A stretch of 64,000 bases of DNA. Origin: Squalus acanthias (taxonomy: Eukaryota). Under the pieces are notes generated by a model, which saw only the letters and a list, made by a program, of their open reading frames with translations, was not told where the DNA came from and did no database searches. The stretch is from positions 4,774,001 to 4,838,000 of the forward strand of contig JASTWF010000034.1 in the NCBI GenBank assembly GCA_030390025.1. Direction: 5' to 3'. Numbering within the stretch: position 1 is the stretch's first letter; the number at the start of each line of letters is the position of its first letter. This document shows, one piece after another, positions 13,141 to 24,781 of the stretch. Position numbers and translations under genes: made by a program.

Positions 13141-15000
13141 GTCACAGGGGTATAGTATACAGTGGGTATCACGTGTGTATACAATACAGGGGATTGTCAC
13201 AGGGATATAGGATACAGGGGGTGTCGCAGGGGTCTAGTATACAGGTGTCTCACAGTGGTAAAGTATACAGGGTGACTGTCACTGTGGTATCGTATACAAG
13301 GGTGGGTGTACAAAAATGAGAAGTCGCACAACACCAGATTATAGTCCAACAGTTTTATTTAAAATTAAATAAAACAGGGGTGGGTGTCACAGAGGTATAG
13401 TATACAGGTGGTGTCACGGGTATAGTATATAGGGGGAGTGTCACAGGGTTATAATGTACAGTGGGTGGAGTACACAGGGGGGTGTCACAGGGTTATAATG
13501 TACAGTGGCGTGTCACGGGTGTAGTGTACAGTTGAGCGTCACGGGTATAGTGTACAGTGGAATGTCACGGGTATAGTATACAGTGGCGTGCCACGGGTAT
13601 AGTGTACAGGGGGTGTCACGGGTATAGTATAGGTGGGTGGTGTCACAGAGCTATAGTATACAGGGGTTGTGTAACGGGTATAGTATACAGAGATGTGTCA
13701 CAGGGGTATTGTATACAGGGGATGTCACGGGTATAGTATACAGCGGTGTGTCACAGGGGTATTGTATACAGGGGGTGTCAGTGCTATGGTATAAAGGGGA
13801 GTGTCACGTGTATAGTATACAGGGGTGATGTCACAGGGGTATAGTACACAGGGGGTGTCACTGGTATAGTATACAGGGGTGGTGTCACAGGGGTATCGTA
13901 TACAGGGGGTGTCACTGGTATAGTATACAGGGGAGTGTCATGGGTGTAGTTTACAGGGGTGTGTCACAGGGGTATAGTATACGGGGGGATGTTACAGCGG
14001 AATAGTGTACGGGGGGGTCACGGGTATAGTATTAAGGGGGAGTCTCACAGGGTTATAGTGTACAGGTGGGAGTCACGTGTGTAGTATACAGGGGGGTTTC
14101 ACGGGTGTAGTATACAGGGGGTGTCACTGGGTTATAGTATGCAGTGGCGTGTCACAGGGGGGTGTCACGGTTATATTATACAATGGCGTGTCCCGGGTGT
14201 AGTATACAGGGTGGTGTCACATGGTTATAGTATGCAGTGGAGTGTCACGGGTGTAGTATACAGGGGGGTGTCACGGGTATAGTATACAGGGGAGTGTTAC
14301 GGGTATAATATGCATGGGTGTTGTCACAGGGCTATAGTATACGGGGGTTGTCACGGGTATAGTATTTAGGGGGGTGTCACGGGTATAGTATACAGGGGGG
14401 TGTCACGGGTATAGTATACAGGAGGGTGTTACGGGTATAATATACGTGGGTGGTGTCACAGGGCTATAGTATACGGGGGTTGTCACGCGTATAGTATTTA
14501 GGGTGGTGTCACGGGTATAGTATACACAGGGGTGTCACGGGTATAGTATACAGGGGGGTGACACGGGTATAGAGTACAGGGAGGTGTCACGGGTATAGTA
14601 TACAGTGGGTGTCACGGGGGTATAGTATACAGGGGATTGTCACGGGTATAGTATACTGGTGTGTCACGGGTATAGTATACTGGTGTGTCACAGGTATAGT
14701 ATAGAGTTGGTATCATAGGGGTATAGTATACCGGGGAGTGTCACAGGTATAGTATAGAGATGGTGTCAGAGGGGTATATTATACGATGGAGTGTCACTGG
14801 GGTATAGTATACGGGGGGGGGGGGTGTCACGGGTATAGTATACAGGGGGGTGTCACGCGTATAGTTTATAGGGGGTGTCACGGTATAATTTATAGGGGGT
14901 GTCACGGGTCTATTATACACAGTTATTATACAGGGGTGTGGAAGAGAGTATCACGGGCATTACACAGGGCGTCGTATACGGGGGATATTTTACAGGGGTG
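13140..15000. repeat. About 25-bp G-rich minisatellite (GGGTATAGTATACAGGGGGTGTCAC)n
   Basis: Dozens of variant units over about 1.9 kb. Confidence 0.92.
13305..13365 (-). mobile_element. Short Penelope family-1 pLTR terminal fragment inserted in the minisatellite
   Basis: GAGAAGTCGCACAACACCAGATTATAGTCCAACAGTTTTATTT matches 34451-34493. Confidence 0.75.
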
Positions 15001-15164
15001 ATGGAGATAAACTGGGTGATTAGACACAGCGGAGGGGATGAATTAACAGGGGGGATAAAAACGGGCAGATCAAGGGGATCAGGGAGATAGAGATACAGAT
15101 GGGGGGGATAAACGGCAGGGCGGGTGACAGCCGTGGGGTTTAAAAGCCGCTGGTGGTGTGGGTT

Positions 15165-15908
15165 ACACTCACAGGCAGGTACAATACGGGTTAGAAACAG
15201 AGTGCAGCTGTTTTATACTGGCGCCATCAAACACTCCCAGGACAGCTATAACAGGGGTTGGATACAGAGTCAGTGACCCATCAAATAATCCAAGGTCAGG
15301 TACAGCACGGGTTAGATACAGAGTAAAGCTCTCTCTACACTGTCCCATCAAACACTCTCAGGTAAGGTACAGCATGGGTTAGATACAGAGTAAAGCTCCC
15401 TCGACACTGTCCCATCAAACACTCCCAGGGCAGGTACAGCATGGGTTAAATACAGAGTAATGCTCCCTCTACACTGTCCCATCAGACACTCACAGGGCAG
15501 GTACAGCATGGGTTAGATACAGAGTAAAGCTCCCTCTACACTGTCCCATCAAACACTCGCAGGGCAGGTACACCACGGGATAGATACAGAGTAAAGCTCC
15601 CTCTACACTGTCCCATCAAACACTCCCAGGGCAGGTACAGCATGGGTTAGATACATAGTAAAGCTCCCTCTACACTGTCCCATCAAACACTCGCTGGGCA
15701 GTTAGTGCATGGGTTAGTTACAGAGTAAAGTTCCCTCTACACTGTCCCATCAAACACTCCCAGGGCAGGTACAACACGGGGTGAGATACAGAGTAAAGCT
15801 CCCTATACACTGTCCCATCAAACACTCCCAGGGCAGGTACAGCACGGGTTAGATACAGAGCAAAGCTCCCTCTACATTGTCCCATCAAACACTCCCAGGA
15901 CAGGTACC
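15165..15908. repeat. 67-bp satellite, about 11 units
   Basis: Same unit as 1405-1680. Confidence 0.93.
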
Positions 15909-15914
15909 GGGTTT

Positions 15915-16210
15915 AGATTATTTAATGGCCATCAATATAAGATAGTCACTAATAAATCCAACAAAGAATTCAGGAGAAACATCTTTACCCAGCGAGTGGT
16001 GAGAATGTGAAACTCGCTGCCACATGGAGTAGTTGAGGCGAATAACATGAATGCATTTTAGGGGAAGCTGGATCAGTACATGAGGGAGAAAGGAATAGAA
16101 GGATATGCGATGAAGTAGGGTGGGAGGAGGCTCGTGTGGAGCAGAACCACCGGTATGGACCTGTTGGTCTGAATGGCCTGTTTCTGTGCTGTAAATACTA
16201 TGTAATGTAA
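15915..16210 (+). mobile_element. CR1 3'-end fragment
   Basis: GAATTCAGGAGAAACATCTTTACCCAGCGAGTGGTGAGAATGTG ... GAATGGCCTGTTTCTGTGCTGTAAA...TATGTAATGTAA. Confidence 0.8.
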
Positions 16211-16211
16211 T

Positions 16212-16792
16212 AGATTAAAGTTCTTTCTACACTGCTCCATCAAATACTCCAAGAGCAGGTACAGCATGGGTTAGATACAGGTTAAAGCTCCCTCTACACT
16301 GCTCCATCAAATACTCCAAGAGCAGGTACAGCATGGGTTCGATACAGGTTAAATCTACTTCTACACTGCCCCATCAAATACTCCAAGAGCAGGTACAGCA
16401 TGGGTTAGATACAGGTTAAATCTACTTCTACACTGCCCCATCAAATACTCCAAGAGCAGGTACAGCATGGGTTAGATACAGGTTAAATCTACTTCTACAC
16501 TGCCCCATCAAATACTCCAAGAGCAGGTACAGCATGGGTTAGATACAGGTTAAATCTACTTCTACACTGCCCCATCAAATACTCCAAGAGCAGGTACAGC
16601 ATGGGTTAGATACAGGTTAAATCTACTTCTACACTGCCTCATGAAACATTTCCACAGTAGGTGCAGCACCTGTTAGGTATTGGATAAATCTCCCTCTGCA
16701 CTGTGCCATCAAATTCTCCCAAGGCAAGTACAGCACGAGTAAAGCTCCCGCTACCCAATCCCACCAAATACACCCAGGGCAGGTACAGCACA
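16212..16792. repeat. 67-bp satellite, variant B (CAAATACTCCAAGAGCAGG...GGTTAAATCTACTT)
   Basis: Period 67 (16361 to 16428); locally homogenised substitutions. Confidence 0.9.
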
Positions 16793-16794
16793 GA

Positions 16795-16950
16795 ACTTCA
16801 CTTTTGTTCTTTCCTCCCATCCCCCCTTTCCCTCGATACATGCTTAAAATCTGTTACATCTGTAACATTTTACAGTTATGATGAAAGGTCATCGACCTGA
16901 AACATTGACTCTGTTTCTCTCTCCACAGATGCTTCCTGACCTGCTGAGCA
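16795..16950 (+). mobile_element. Penelope family-2 pLTR fragment with a degenerate hammerhead motif
   Basis: AGTTATGATGAAAGGTCATCGACCTGAAACATTGACTCTGTTTCTCTCTCCACAGATGC matches the pLTR at 59310-59720 (minus). Confidence 0.75.
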
Positions 16951-17071
16951 ATGTTCCCTGGAAGGCTTTTGGCCGCGCGGCGATCTGTAAGATCCTGCAC
17001 ACTTAAATTCACAGGCCGCACAGTGAGCTGGAGCGGGCGGAGGGACCCAATACCCAAACACCAGGGATGCA

Positions 17072-17716
17072 AAGTAAAGCTCCGTCTGCACTGTCCCATC
17101 AAACATTCCCAGGGCAATAACAGCACGGGTTATATAAAGATTAAAGCTCTCTGCACTGTCCCATCAAACATTCCCAGTGCAATAACAGCACGGGTTATTT
17201 AAAGATTAAAGCTCTCTGCACTGTCCCATCAAACATTCCCAGGGCAATAACAGCACGGGTTATATAAAGATTAAAGCTCTCTGCACTGTCCCATCAAACA
17301 TTCCCCGGGCAATAACTGCACGGGTTATGTAAAGATTAAAGCTCTCTGCACTGTCCCAATCAAACATTCCCAGGGCAATAACAGCACGGGTTATGTAAAG
17401 ATTAAAGCTCTCTGCACTGTCCCAATCAAACATTCCCAGGGCAATAACAGCACGGGTTATGTAAAGATTAAAGCTCTCTGCACTGTCCCAATCAAACATT
17501 CCCAGGGCAATAACAGCACGGGTTATATAAAGATTAAAGCTCTCTGCACTGTCCCATCAAACATTCCCAGTGCAATAACAACACGGGTTATATAAAGATT
17601 AAAGCTCTCTGCACTGTCCCATCAAACATTCCCCGGGCAATGACAGCACGGGTTATATAAAGATTAAAGCTCTCTGCACTGTCCCAATCAAATGTTCCCA
17701 GGGCAAGTACGGCACT
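17072..17716. repeat. 67/68-bp satellite, variant C (CAATAACAGCACGGGTTATATAAAGATTAAAGC)
   Basis: About 9.5 near-identical units. Confidence 0.92.
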
Positions 17717-17849
17717 GATCCCAACTCATCGCCAGGGCTGGGGAAAGAAACCTCGCCGCCTTCTTACCAAGTTTAACCATGTTATTCACTTTCTGATTTG
17801 AGCTCCGTTTGGAATTAGACTTTATTTTTTTTTGTATGTTTAACGACAG

Positions 17850-17911
17850 CATTGAAGGGGGAAATAGAAACTTGGAGCAACTTCTTCTGTCAAAGCTGCA
17901 ATGAGACTTGA
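17850..17911 (+). CDS. Putative terminal coding exon of the same plus-strand gene, followed by an AT-rich 3'UTR-like region
   Basis: T-rich acceptor CTTTATTTTTTTTTGTATGTTTAACGACAG|. Phase-1 reading is (A)LKGEIETWSNFFCQSCNET*. Followed by about 1.1 kb of unique AT-rich DNA with AATAAA near 17944 and ATTAAA near 18492 and 18537. Confidence 0.4.
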
Positions 17912-19044
17912 AAGAATTTAAAGATTTTTAAAGAACTTTTCACAATAAATGAGTGTTAAAAACATTTCTCCCCCTCCCCCCTATGTTTTGAATATGATTT
18001 TGGAAGAACCAGAAGGAAAAATCAATTTCCTCCTCATCTAAACAAGTTTCAACCGGGTCTTGAAGTCCAAATGTTTTTAAAGATGTTCTGAAATGCCTGA
18101 AATGTTTTAAAATTGAAATTACTCAATTTTTGCTTGTGAGCGATCAAGTGAAGTGAGTAGCTTTACACAAGCATGCAACCATGGTGTTGAGGAGGGGGAG
18201 GGCAGGGGAGGATTTGTAGGAGTTAGATATTATTTTTAAATGATATTTAAAAAAATTACCATTAAGGCATAAAGGAAGAGAACGAAAAAATGGAAAAACA
18301 CAAAACCTATTATTTTGCCTGTCGTTCTGTAGTCCTAACAAGTCACAGGAATAATGTAAATATAGATTTCCTCTTAAACATTCAGGGAAGTGTTATCAGA
18401 AACAAGAGATATGTGATGATGTATAAAAATTGCAGGAAACTATTTTAGAAAAAAACCTTTGTTTATTGAGAAAGACACAGAAAATACTTTGATTAAACTG
18501 ATAACGTACAATTCGATTGAATGTTTGATACAGGAGATTAAAAATTGTGAGTACAATGAAGTTTGTTCCCCGCTTTTAATTGTGAAGTACCTAAAATAAT
18601 TCAACATTTTTCTTGATAAGAGCAGGGAATAATATTGTGGAGAATGTTTGAGAGAAAAACACTAGGAGCGAAATTGGTAAATTATAAATCTTTACATCAA
18701 CATATGAGTCAACATTTCCTAGTCAGTCTGACTGGTTCTCCTGTCCAGAAAGAAGGAACGATGTTTATTTCTGTTAAATCACAGGTTTTCCTGCTTTTTG
18801 TTTATAATTCAGTGACACAAATTGAGTATGTGTTTGTCTGCACTTGTGAATAAGTGCTGCATTTCTGACCTGTTACATGGGTGGTGTGCTGGTTCAAGAA
18901 GACCACTTTTATTCATGGAATTTATTGAAGTTGAAAATACGGATACCCATTTTGTTCAGTGCTTTTTAACACTGCGAATTTAAGAACTACAACACTTTAT
19001 ATTTGTTGATTGTCTGGTTGCATTGTGATTAATATTCTAATAAC

Positions 19045-19890
19045 TTACGTGGACGTAATATCTGGATGGAATATAATGCTGAGAAATGTGAAGTTATCCA
19101 CTTTGCTTTTCTATTTTTCCTAGTAGATTATTTTTTAAATGGTGAGAGATTGGGAAATGTTGGTATTCAGAGAGACCTTGGTGTCCTTGTACACGAATCA
19201 CTGAACTTTAACCTGCAGGTACAGCAAGCAATTAGGAAGGCAAAGGGTATGTTGGCCGTCATTACAAGAGGATTTGAGTATAAAAGTAAAGACGTCTTAT
19301 TGCAATTATATAGGGCCCTGGTGAGATACACACCTGGAGTACTGTGTACAGTGTTGGTCTCCTTACCAAAGGAAGGATATACTTGTCAAAGAGGGAGTGC
19401 AATGAAGGTTCACCAGCCTGGTTCCTGGGATGGGGGGATTGTCCTATGAGGAGAGATTGAGTAGACGAAGCCTATATTCTCTAGAGTTTAGAAGAATGAG
19501 GTGTGATCTAATTGAAACATAAAAAATGCTTACTATGCTTGACTGGTTAGATGCAGGGAGGATGTTTCCCCTGGCCTGGGAGTCCAGAGCCAGGGGTCAC
19601 AGTCTCAGAATAAGGGGACGGCCATTTAGGACTGAGATGAGGAGAAATATCTTCATTCAGAGGGTGGTGAATCCTCGGAATTCTATAGCCCAGAGGGCCG
19701 TGAAGACTCAGTCATTGAGTGTATTCAAGACAGAGATCGATAGATTTTTGAATATTGCGGGAATCAAGGGATATGGGGAGAGTGCAGGAAAGTGGAGTTG
19801 AGGTAGAAGTACAACCATGATCATATTGAATGGCGGAGCAGGCTCGAAGGGCCAAATGCCCTACTCCTGCTCCTATTTCTTATGTTCTTA
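19045..19890 (+). mobile_element. 5'-truncated CR1
   Basis: MEYNAEKCEVIHF and RDLGVLVH; 3' end CTACTCCTGCTCCTATTTCTTATGTTCTTA. Confidence 0.9.
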
Positions 19891-19937
19891 ACGCGCCCTC
19901 AATACTGTCCCATCAAATAATTCCAGGCAGGAGCACA

Positions 19938-20070
19938 AAAAGCAAAATACTGTGGATGCTGGAAATCTGAAGTAAAAACAGAAAATGCTGGAAATACTCA
20001 GCAGGTCAGGCAGCATCTGTGGAGCGAGAAACAGAGTTAATGTTTCAGGTCGTTGACCTTTCATTGGAAC
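19938..20070 (-). mobile_element. Penelope family-2 pLTR 3' fragment (degenerate hammerhead plus tail)
   Basis: AGCAAAATACTGTGGATGCTGGAAATCTGAA...GTTAATGTTTCAGGTCGTTGACCTTTCA matches 59310-59441. Confidence 0.8.
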
Positions 20071-20107
20071 AGGCAGCTACCCATGGATTAGATAAAGAGT
20101 AATGGAC

Positions 20108-21146
20108 CACTCACCTCACTGTGACACTCTGATATACCCCACACCATTCACTTTAACACTCTGATATACCCCACACCATTCACTTTAACACTCTGATATA
20201 CCCCACACCATTCACTTTAACACTCTGATATACCCCACACCATTCACTTTAACACTCTGATATACCACACACCATTCACTTTAACACTCTGATATAGCCC
20301 ACACCATTCACTTTAACACTCTGATATACCACACACCATTCACTTTAACACTCCGGTATTCCACACGCCATTCACTTTAACACACTGGTATTCCACACAC
20401 CATTCACTTCAACACTCTGATATACCACACACCATGCACTTAAACACTCTGGTATAGCTCTCTGCACTCTGATATACCCACACCGCTCACTGCAACACTC
20501 AGATACACTCCAATCTCTTTCATACCCCAAACCTCTCACTGTAACACACTGATATACCCCACACTCCTCATTGTAACACTGCGATACTGAACTCCCCTCA
20601 CTGTAACACGCTGATGATACACTCCACACCCGTCACTGTGACACACTGATATACCACACACCCCTCATTGTAACACTCTCTGATATACCCCACACACCTC
20701 ATTGTAACACACTGATATAGCCCACACCAGTCACTGTAACACTGATATAAACCACACCCCTCACTATAACACTCTGATATACTCCACACTCCTCACTGTA
20801 ACACTCTGATGTACACTACACCCATCACTATAATAATCTGATATACCCTACACCCCTCACTATAACACTCTGATATACCCCACACACCTCATTGCAACAC
20901 GCTGATAATCCCCACACCCCTCACAGTAACTCTCTGATATACTCCACACCCCTCACTGTAACTCTGATATATCCCACACAACTCACTGCAACACGCTGAT
21001 ATACCCCACATCCCTCACTGTAACTCTCTGATATACCCCACACCCCTCACTGTAACACTCTGATGTACCCCACACAAATCACTATAATCATCTGATATAC
21101 CCCACACCCCTCACTATAACACTCTGATATAAACCACACTCCTGAC
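20108..21146. repeat. About 32-bp minisatellite (CACTGTAACACTCTGATATACCCCACACCCCT)n, left part
   Basis: Tandem units; the array resumes at 25622 after the CR1 insertions. Confidence 0.92.
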
Positions 21147-24100
21147 TGTGTTGCCTGCCCGGTGCCAGGGTTAAGGACATCTCCTCTGGGCTGGAGAGAA
21201 ACTTGGAGTGGGGGGGGAGGATCCAGTTGTCGTGGTCAATGTTGGTACCAATGACATAGATAGGACAAGGAAAGAGGTTCTGCTGAGGGAGTTTGAGCAG
21301 CTAGGGGCCAAATTAAAAAGCAGAAGCTCGAGGGTAATAATCTCTGGATTACTACCTGAGCCACGAGCAAATTTGGCTCGGGTAAATAAAATCAGAGTGT
21401 TGAATGCGTGGCTCAAAGACTGGTGTGGGAAAAATGGGTTTTGCTTCTTGGGACACTGGCACCAGTACTGGGACAGGAGAGAGCTGTTCCATTGGGACGG
21501 ACTTCACTTGGCCAGTGCTGGGACTAGTGTCCTGGCGAATCGAATAACTAGGGCTGTGGAGAGGGCTTTAAACTAATTAGTGGGGGGGAGGTTTCAAGAG
21601 AGCAAAAAATAAAAATGACAACAGAGAGGGTCATAGACATAGGTAGCAGTAGGGGAATCACAAACCAGAGCGTGGCAGGAAGGGACAGAGTGTGTGGAGT
21701 AAAAGGTAAAGTGGTAAAAAGTGAAAAAGCAGGAACTAAGTGCCACAAAGCATATTTGAAAGTTCTCTATCTGAATGCACGTAGCATTCGTAACAAAATA
21801 GACGAGTTAATGGCACAAATAACTACATATGGTTATGATATTGTGGCCATTACAGAAACATGGCTGCAGGGTGACAATGCCTGGGAATTAAACATACCAG
21901 GTTATTTAACGATCAGGAAGGACAGGCAGGAAGGAAGGGGAGGTGGGGTGGCTATGTTAATAAAGGAAGGAATCACTGTAATACAGAGTAATGATATTGG
22001 GTCAAAAAATCATGAAAATGAAACAGTTTGGGTGGAGATAAGGAATAATAAGGGGAAAAAAACACTAGTGGGCGTAGTCTATAGGCCTCCGAACAGTTGC
22101 AACTCTGTTGGACGGAGTATCAATCAGGAAATAGTTGAGGCATGTAATAAGGGAACATCTATAATTATGGGGGATTTTAACTATCATATTAATTGGACAA
22201 ATCAAATGGGGCAGGGCTGCCTTGAGGATGAGTTCATTGAGCGTATTAGGGATGGGTTTCTTGAGCAGTATGTAACTGAACCGACCAGGGGGCAAGCAAA
22301 CTTAGATCTGGTCCTGTGTAACGAGACAGGATTAATAAAAAATGTCCTAGTAAAGGATCCCCTTGGAATGAGTGACCATAACATGGTTGAATTCCATATT
22401 CAATTAGAGGGTGAGAAGGTTGGATCTCAAACAAGCGTGCTAAGCTTGAATAAAGGTGACTATGAAGGTATGCGAGCGGAATTGAGTAGAGTGGATTGGG
22501 AAAATAGATTAAAGGGTAAGACGACACATGATCAGTGGTGTACATTCAAGGAGTTATTTTACAACTTCCAAAAAATATATATTCCACTGAAAAGAAAAGG
22601 ATGTAAAAGAAAGGACAGTCATCCGTGGCTAAGTAAAGAAATTAAGGATAGTATTCGACTAAAAACAAGGGCATATAAGGTAGCGAAATCTAGTGGGAGG
22701 ACAGAGGATTGGGAAAACTTTAAAAGGCAGCAAAAAATAACAAAAAGATTGATTAAGAAAGGGAAGATAGATTATGAAAGTAAATTAGCAAAAAATATAA
22801 AAACAGATAGTAAGAGTTTTTATAGTTATATAAAAAGAAAAAGGGTGGCTAAAGTAAATGTTGGTCCCTTAGAGGATGAGACCGGGAAATTAAAGGTGGG
22901 AAATATGGAGATGGCAAAAACACTGAATGAATATTTTGTATCAGTCTTTACAGTAGAGGACACTAAGAATATCCCAACACTGGACAAACAGGGGGCTATA
23001 GGGGGAGAGGAGCTAAACACGATCAAAATCACTAAGGAAGTGGTACTCGGTAAAATAATGGGACTCAAGGCGGATAAATCACCTGGACCTGATGGCTTAC
23101 ATCCTAGAGTCTTGAAGGAAGTGGCGGTAGGGATTGTAGATGCATTGGTAATAATTTTTCAAAACACCCTGGATTCCGCTAAGGTCCCGGCAGACTGGAA
23201 AACTGCTAATGTAACACCCTTATTTAAAAAGGGCAGTAGACAGAAGGCTGGTAACTATAGACCGGTTAGCCTAACATCTGTGGTAGGTAAAATTTTGGAG
23301 TCCATTATTAAGGAAACAGTAACAGGACATTTGGATAATCATAATTTAATAGAACAAAGTCAGCATGGTTTTACGAAGGGGAAGTCATGTTTGATAAATT
23401 TGCTGGAGTTCTTTGAGGAAGTAACATATAGAGTGGATAAAGGGGAACCAGTGGACGTAGTGTATTTAGACTTCCAAAAGGCATTTGACAAGGTGCCACA
23501 CAAAAGATTATTGCTTAAGGTAAAAAATCACGGGATTGGGGGTAATATTCTGGCATGGATAGAGGATTGGCTATCTCACAGAAAGCAAAGAGTTGGGATA
23601 AATGGTTCATTCTCAGACTGGCAATCAGTAACTAGTGGTGTTCCACAGGGGTCAGTGCTGGGTCCCCAACTCTTTACAATCTATATTAACGATTTGGAGG
23701 AAGGGACCAAGTGTAACATATCAAAATTTGCAGATGATACTAAGATGGGAGGGAAAGTAGTGAGTGAGGAGGACATAAAAAACCTGCAAGGGGACATAGA
23801 CAGGCTAAGTAAGTGGGCAGAGATTTGGCAGATGGAATACAACACTGGAAAGTGTGAGGTGATGCACTTTGGCAGAAAAAATCCTAGAGCAATTTATTAT
23901 CTTAATGGCAAGAAACTGGAGAGTACTGAAGTGCAAAGGGATCTGGGGGTCCTGGTGCACGAAACTCAAAAGGTTAGTATGCAGGTGCAGCAAGTGATTA
24001 AGAAGGCAAATGGAATGTTGGCTTTCATTGCTAGGGGGATAGAATATAAAAATAGGGAGGTATTGCTTCAGTTGTACAAGGTATTGGTGAGACCGCACCT

Positions 24101-24760
24101 GGAATACTGCATACAGTTTTGGTGTCCTTACTTAAGGAAATACATCCTTGCTCTCGAGGCAGTGGTCATATGAGGAGAGGTTGGGTAGATTGGGACTCTA
24201 CTCATTGGAGTTCAGAAGAATGAGAGGCGATCTTATTGAAACATATAAGATTGTGAAGGGGTTGGATCGAGTGGATGCGGGGAGGATGTTCCCGATGACG
24301 GGTGAGACTAGAACTAGGGGACATAGTCTTAGAATAAGGGGCTGCTCTTTCAAAACTGAGATGAGGAGGAACTACTTCACTCAGAGGGTGGTAGGTCCAT
24401 GGAATATGCTGCCACAAAAAGCTGTAGAAGCTACATCATTAAATAAATTTAAAACAGAAATAGACAGTTTCCTAGAAGTAAAGGGCATTAAGGGTTACGG
24501 GGAGCGGGCAGGAATTTGGACATGAGTCTAGGTTCGGATCGCTCATGGCCCTGTGGGTAGTGGAGCGGGCCCAGGGACCGTGTAGCCTGATTCCGCTCCT
24601 ATTTCGTGTGTGCAATTCTGTTAGATGCAGGAGATGGTTCTGTGATAGTAGATAGTAGATTGGCGGTTAGGATCAGATCAGCGATGATCTTATTGAATGG
24701 CGGAGCAGGCTCGAGGGGCCGATTGGCCTACTCCTGCTCCTATTTCTTATGTTCTTATGT
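21147..24760 (+). mobile_element. Relatively young CR1: ORF1 3' part, near-intact ORF2, duplicated 3'UTR module
   Basis: ORF1 fragment 21208-21576, 852-aa ORF2, C-terminus continuing at 24148-24525, TTATGTTCTTATGT tail. Inserted in the minisatellite at CTGT|AACACTCT. Confidence 0.95.
21615..24173 (+). CDS. CR1 ORF2 (APE endonuclease + reverse transcriptase), frameshifted near the C-terminus by a short deletion at about 24163
   Basis: YLNARS, AITETW, GDFN, SDH, YRPVSLTS, QHGF, YLDFQKAFDKVPH, GVPQGSVLGP, KFADDTK. Confidence 0.9.
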   Translation: MTTERVIDIGSSRGITNQSVAGRDRVCGVKGKVVKSEKAGTKCHKAYLKVLYLNARSIRNKIDELMAQITTYGYDIVAITETWLQGDNAWELNIPGYLTIRKDRQEGRGGGVAMLIKEGITVIQSNDIGSKNHENETVWVEIRNNKGKKTLVGVVYRPPNSCNSVGRSINQEIVEACNKGTSIIMGDFNYHINWTNQMGQGCLEDEFIERIRDGFLEQYVTEPTRGQANLDLVLCNETGLIKNVLVKDPLGMSDHNMVEFHIQLEGEKVGSQTSVLSLNKGDYEGMRAELSRVDWENRLKGKTTHDQWCTFKELFYNFQKIYIPLKRKGCKRKDSHPWLSKEIKDSIRLKTRAYKVAKSSGRTEDWENFKRQQKITKRLIKKGKIDYESKLAKNIKTDSKSFYSYIKRKRVAKVNVGPLEDETGKLKVGNMEMAKTLNEYFVSVFTVEDTKNIPTLDKQGAIGGEELNTIKITKEVVLGKIMGLKADKSPGPDGLHPRVLKEVAVGIVDALVIIFQNTLDSAKVPADWKTANVTPLFKKGSRQKAGNYRPVSLTSVVGKILESIIKETVTGHLDNHNLIEQSQHGFTKGKSCLINLLEFFEEVTYRVDKGEPVDVVYLDFQKAFDKVPHKRLLLKVKNHGIGGNILAWIEDWLSHRKQRVGINGSFSDWQSVTSGVPQGSVLGPQLFTIYINDLEEGTKCNISKFADDTKMGGKVVSEEDIKNLQGDIDRLSKWAEIWQMEYNTGKCEVMHFGRKNPRAIYYLNGKKLESTEVQRDLGVLVHETQKVSMQVQQVIKKANGMLAFIARGIEYKNREVLLQLYKVLVRPHLEYCIQFWCPYLRKYILALEAVVI

Positions 24761-24781
24761 AACACTCTCTTACATACCCCC

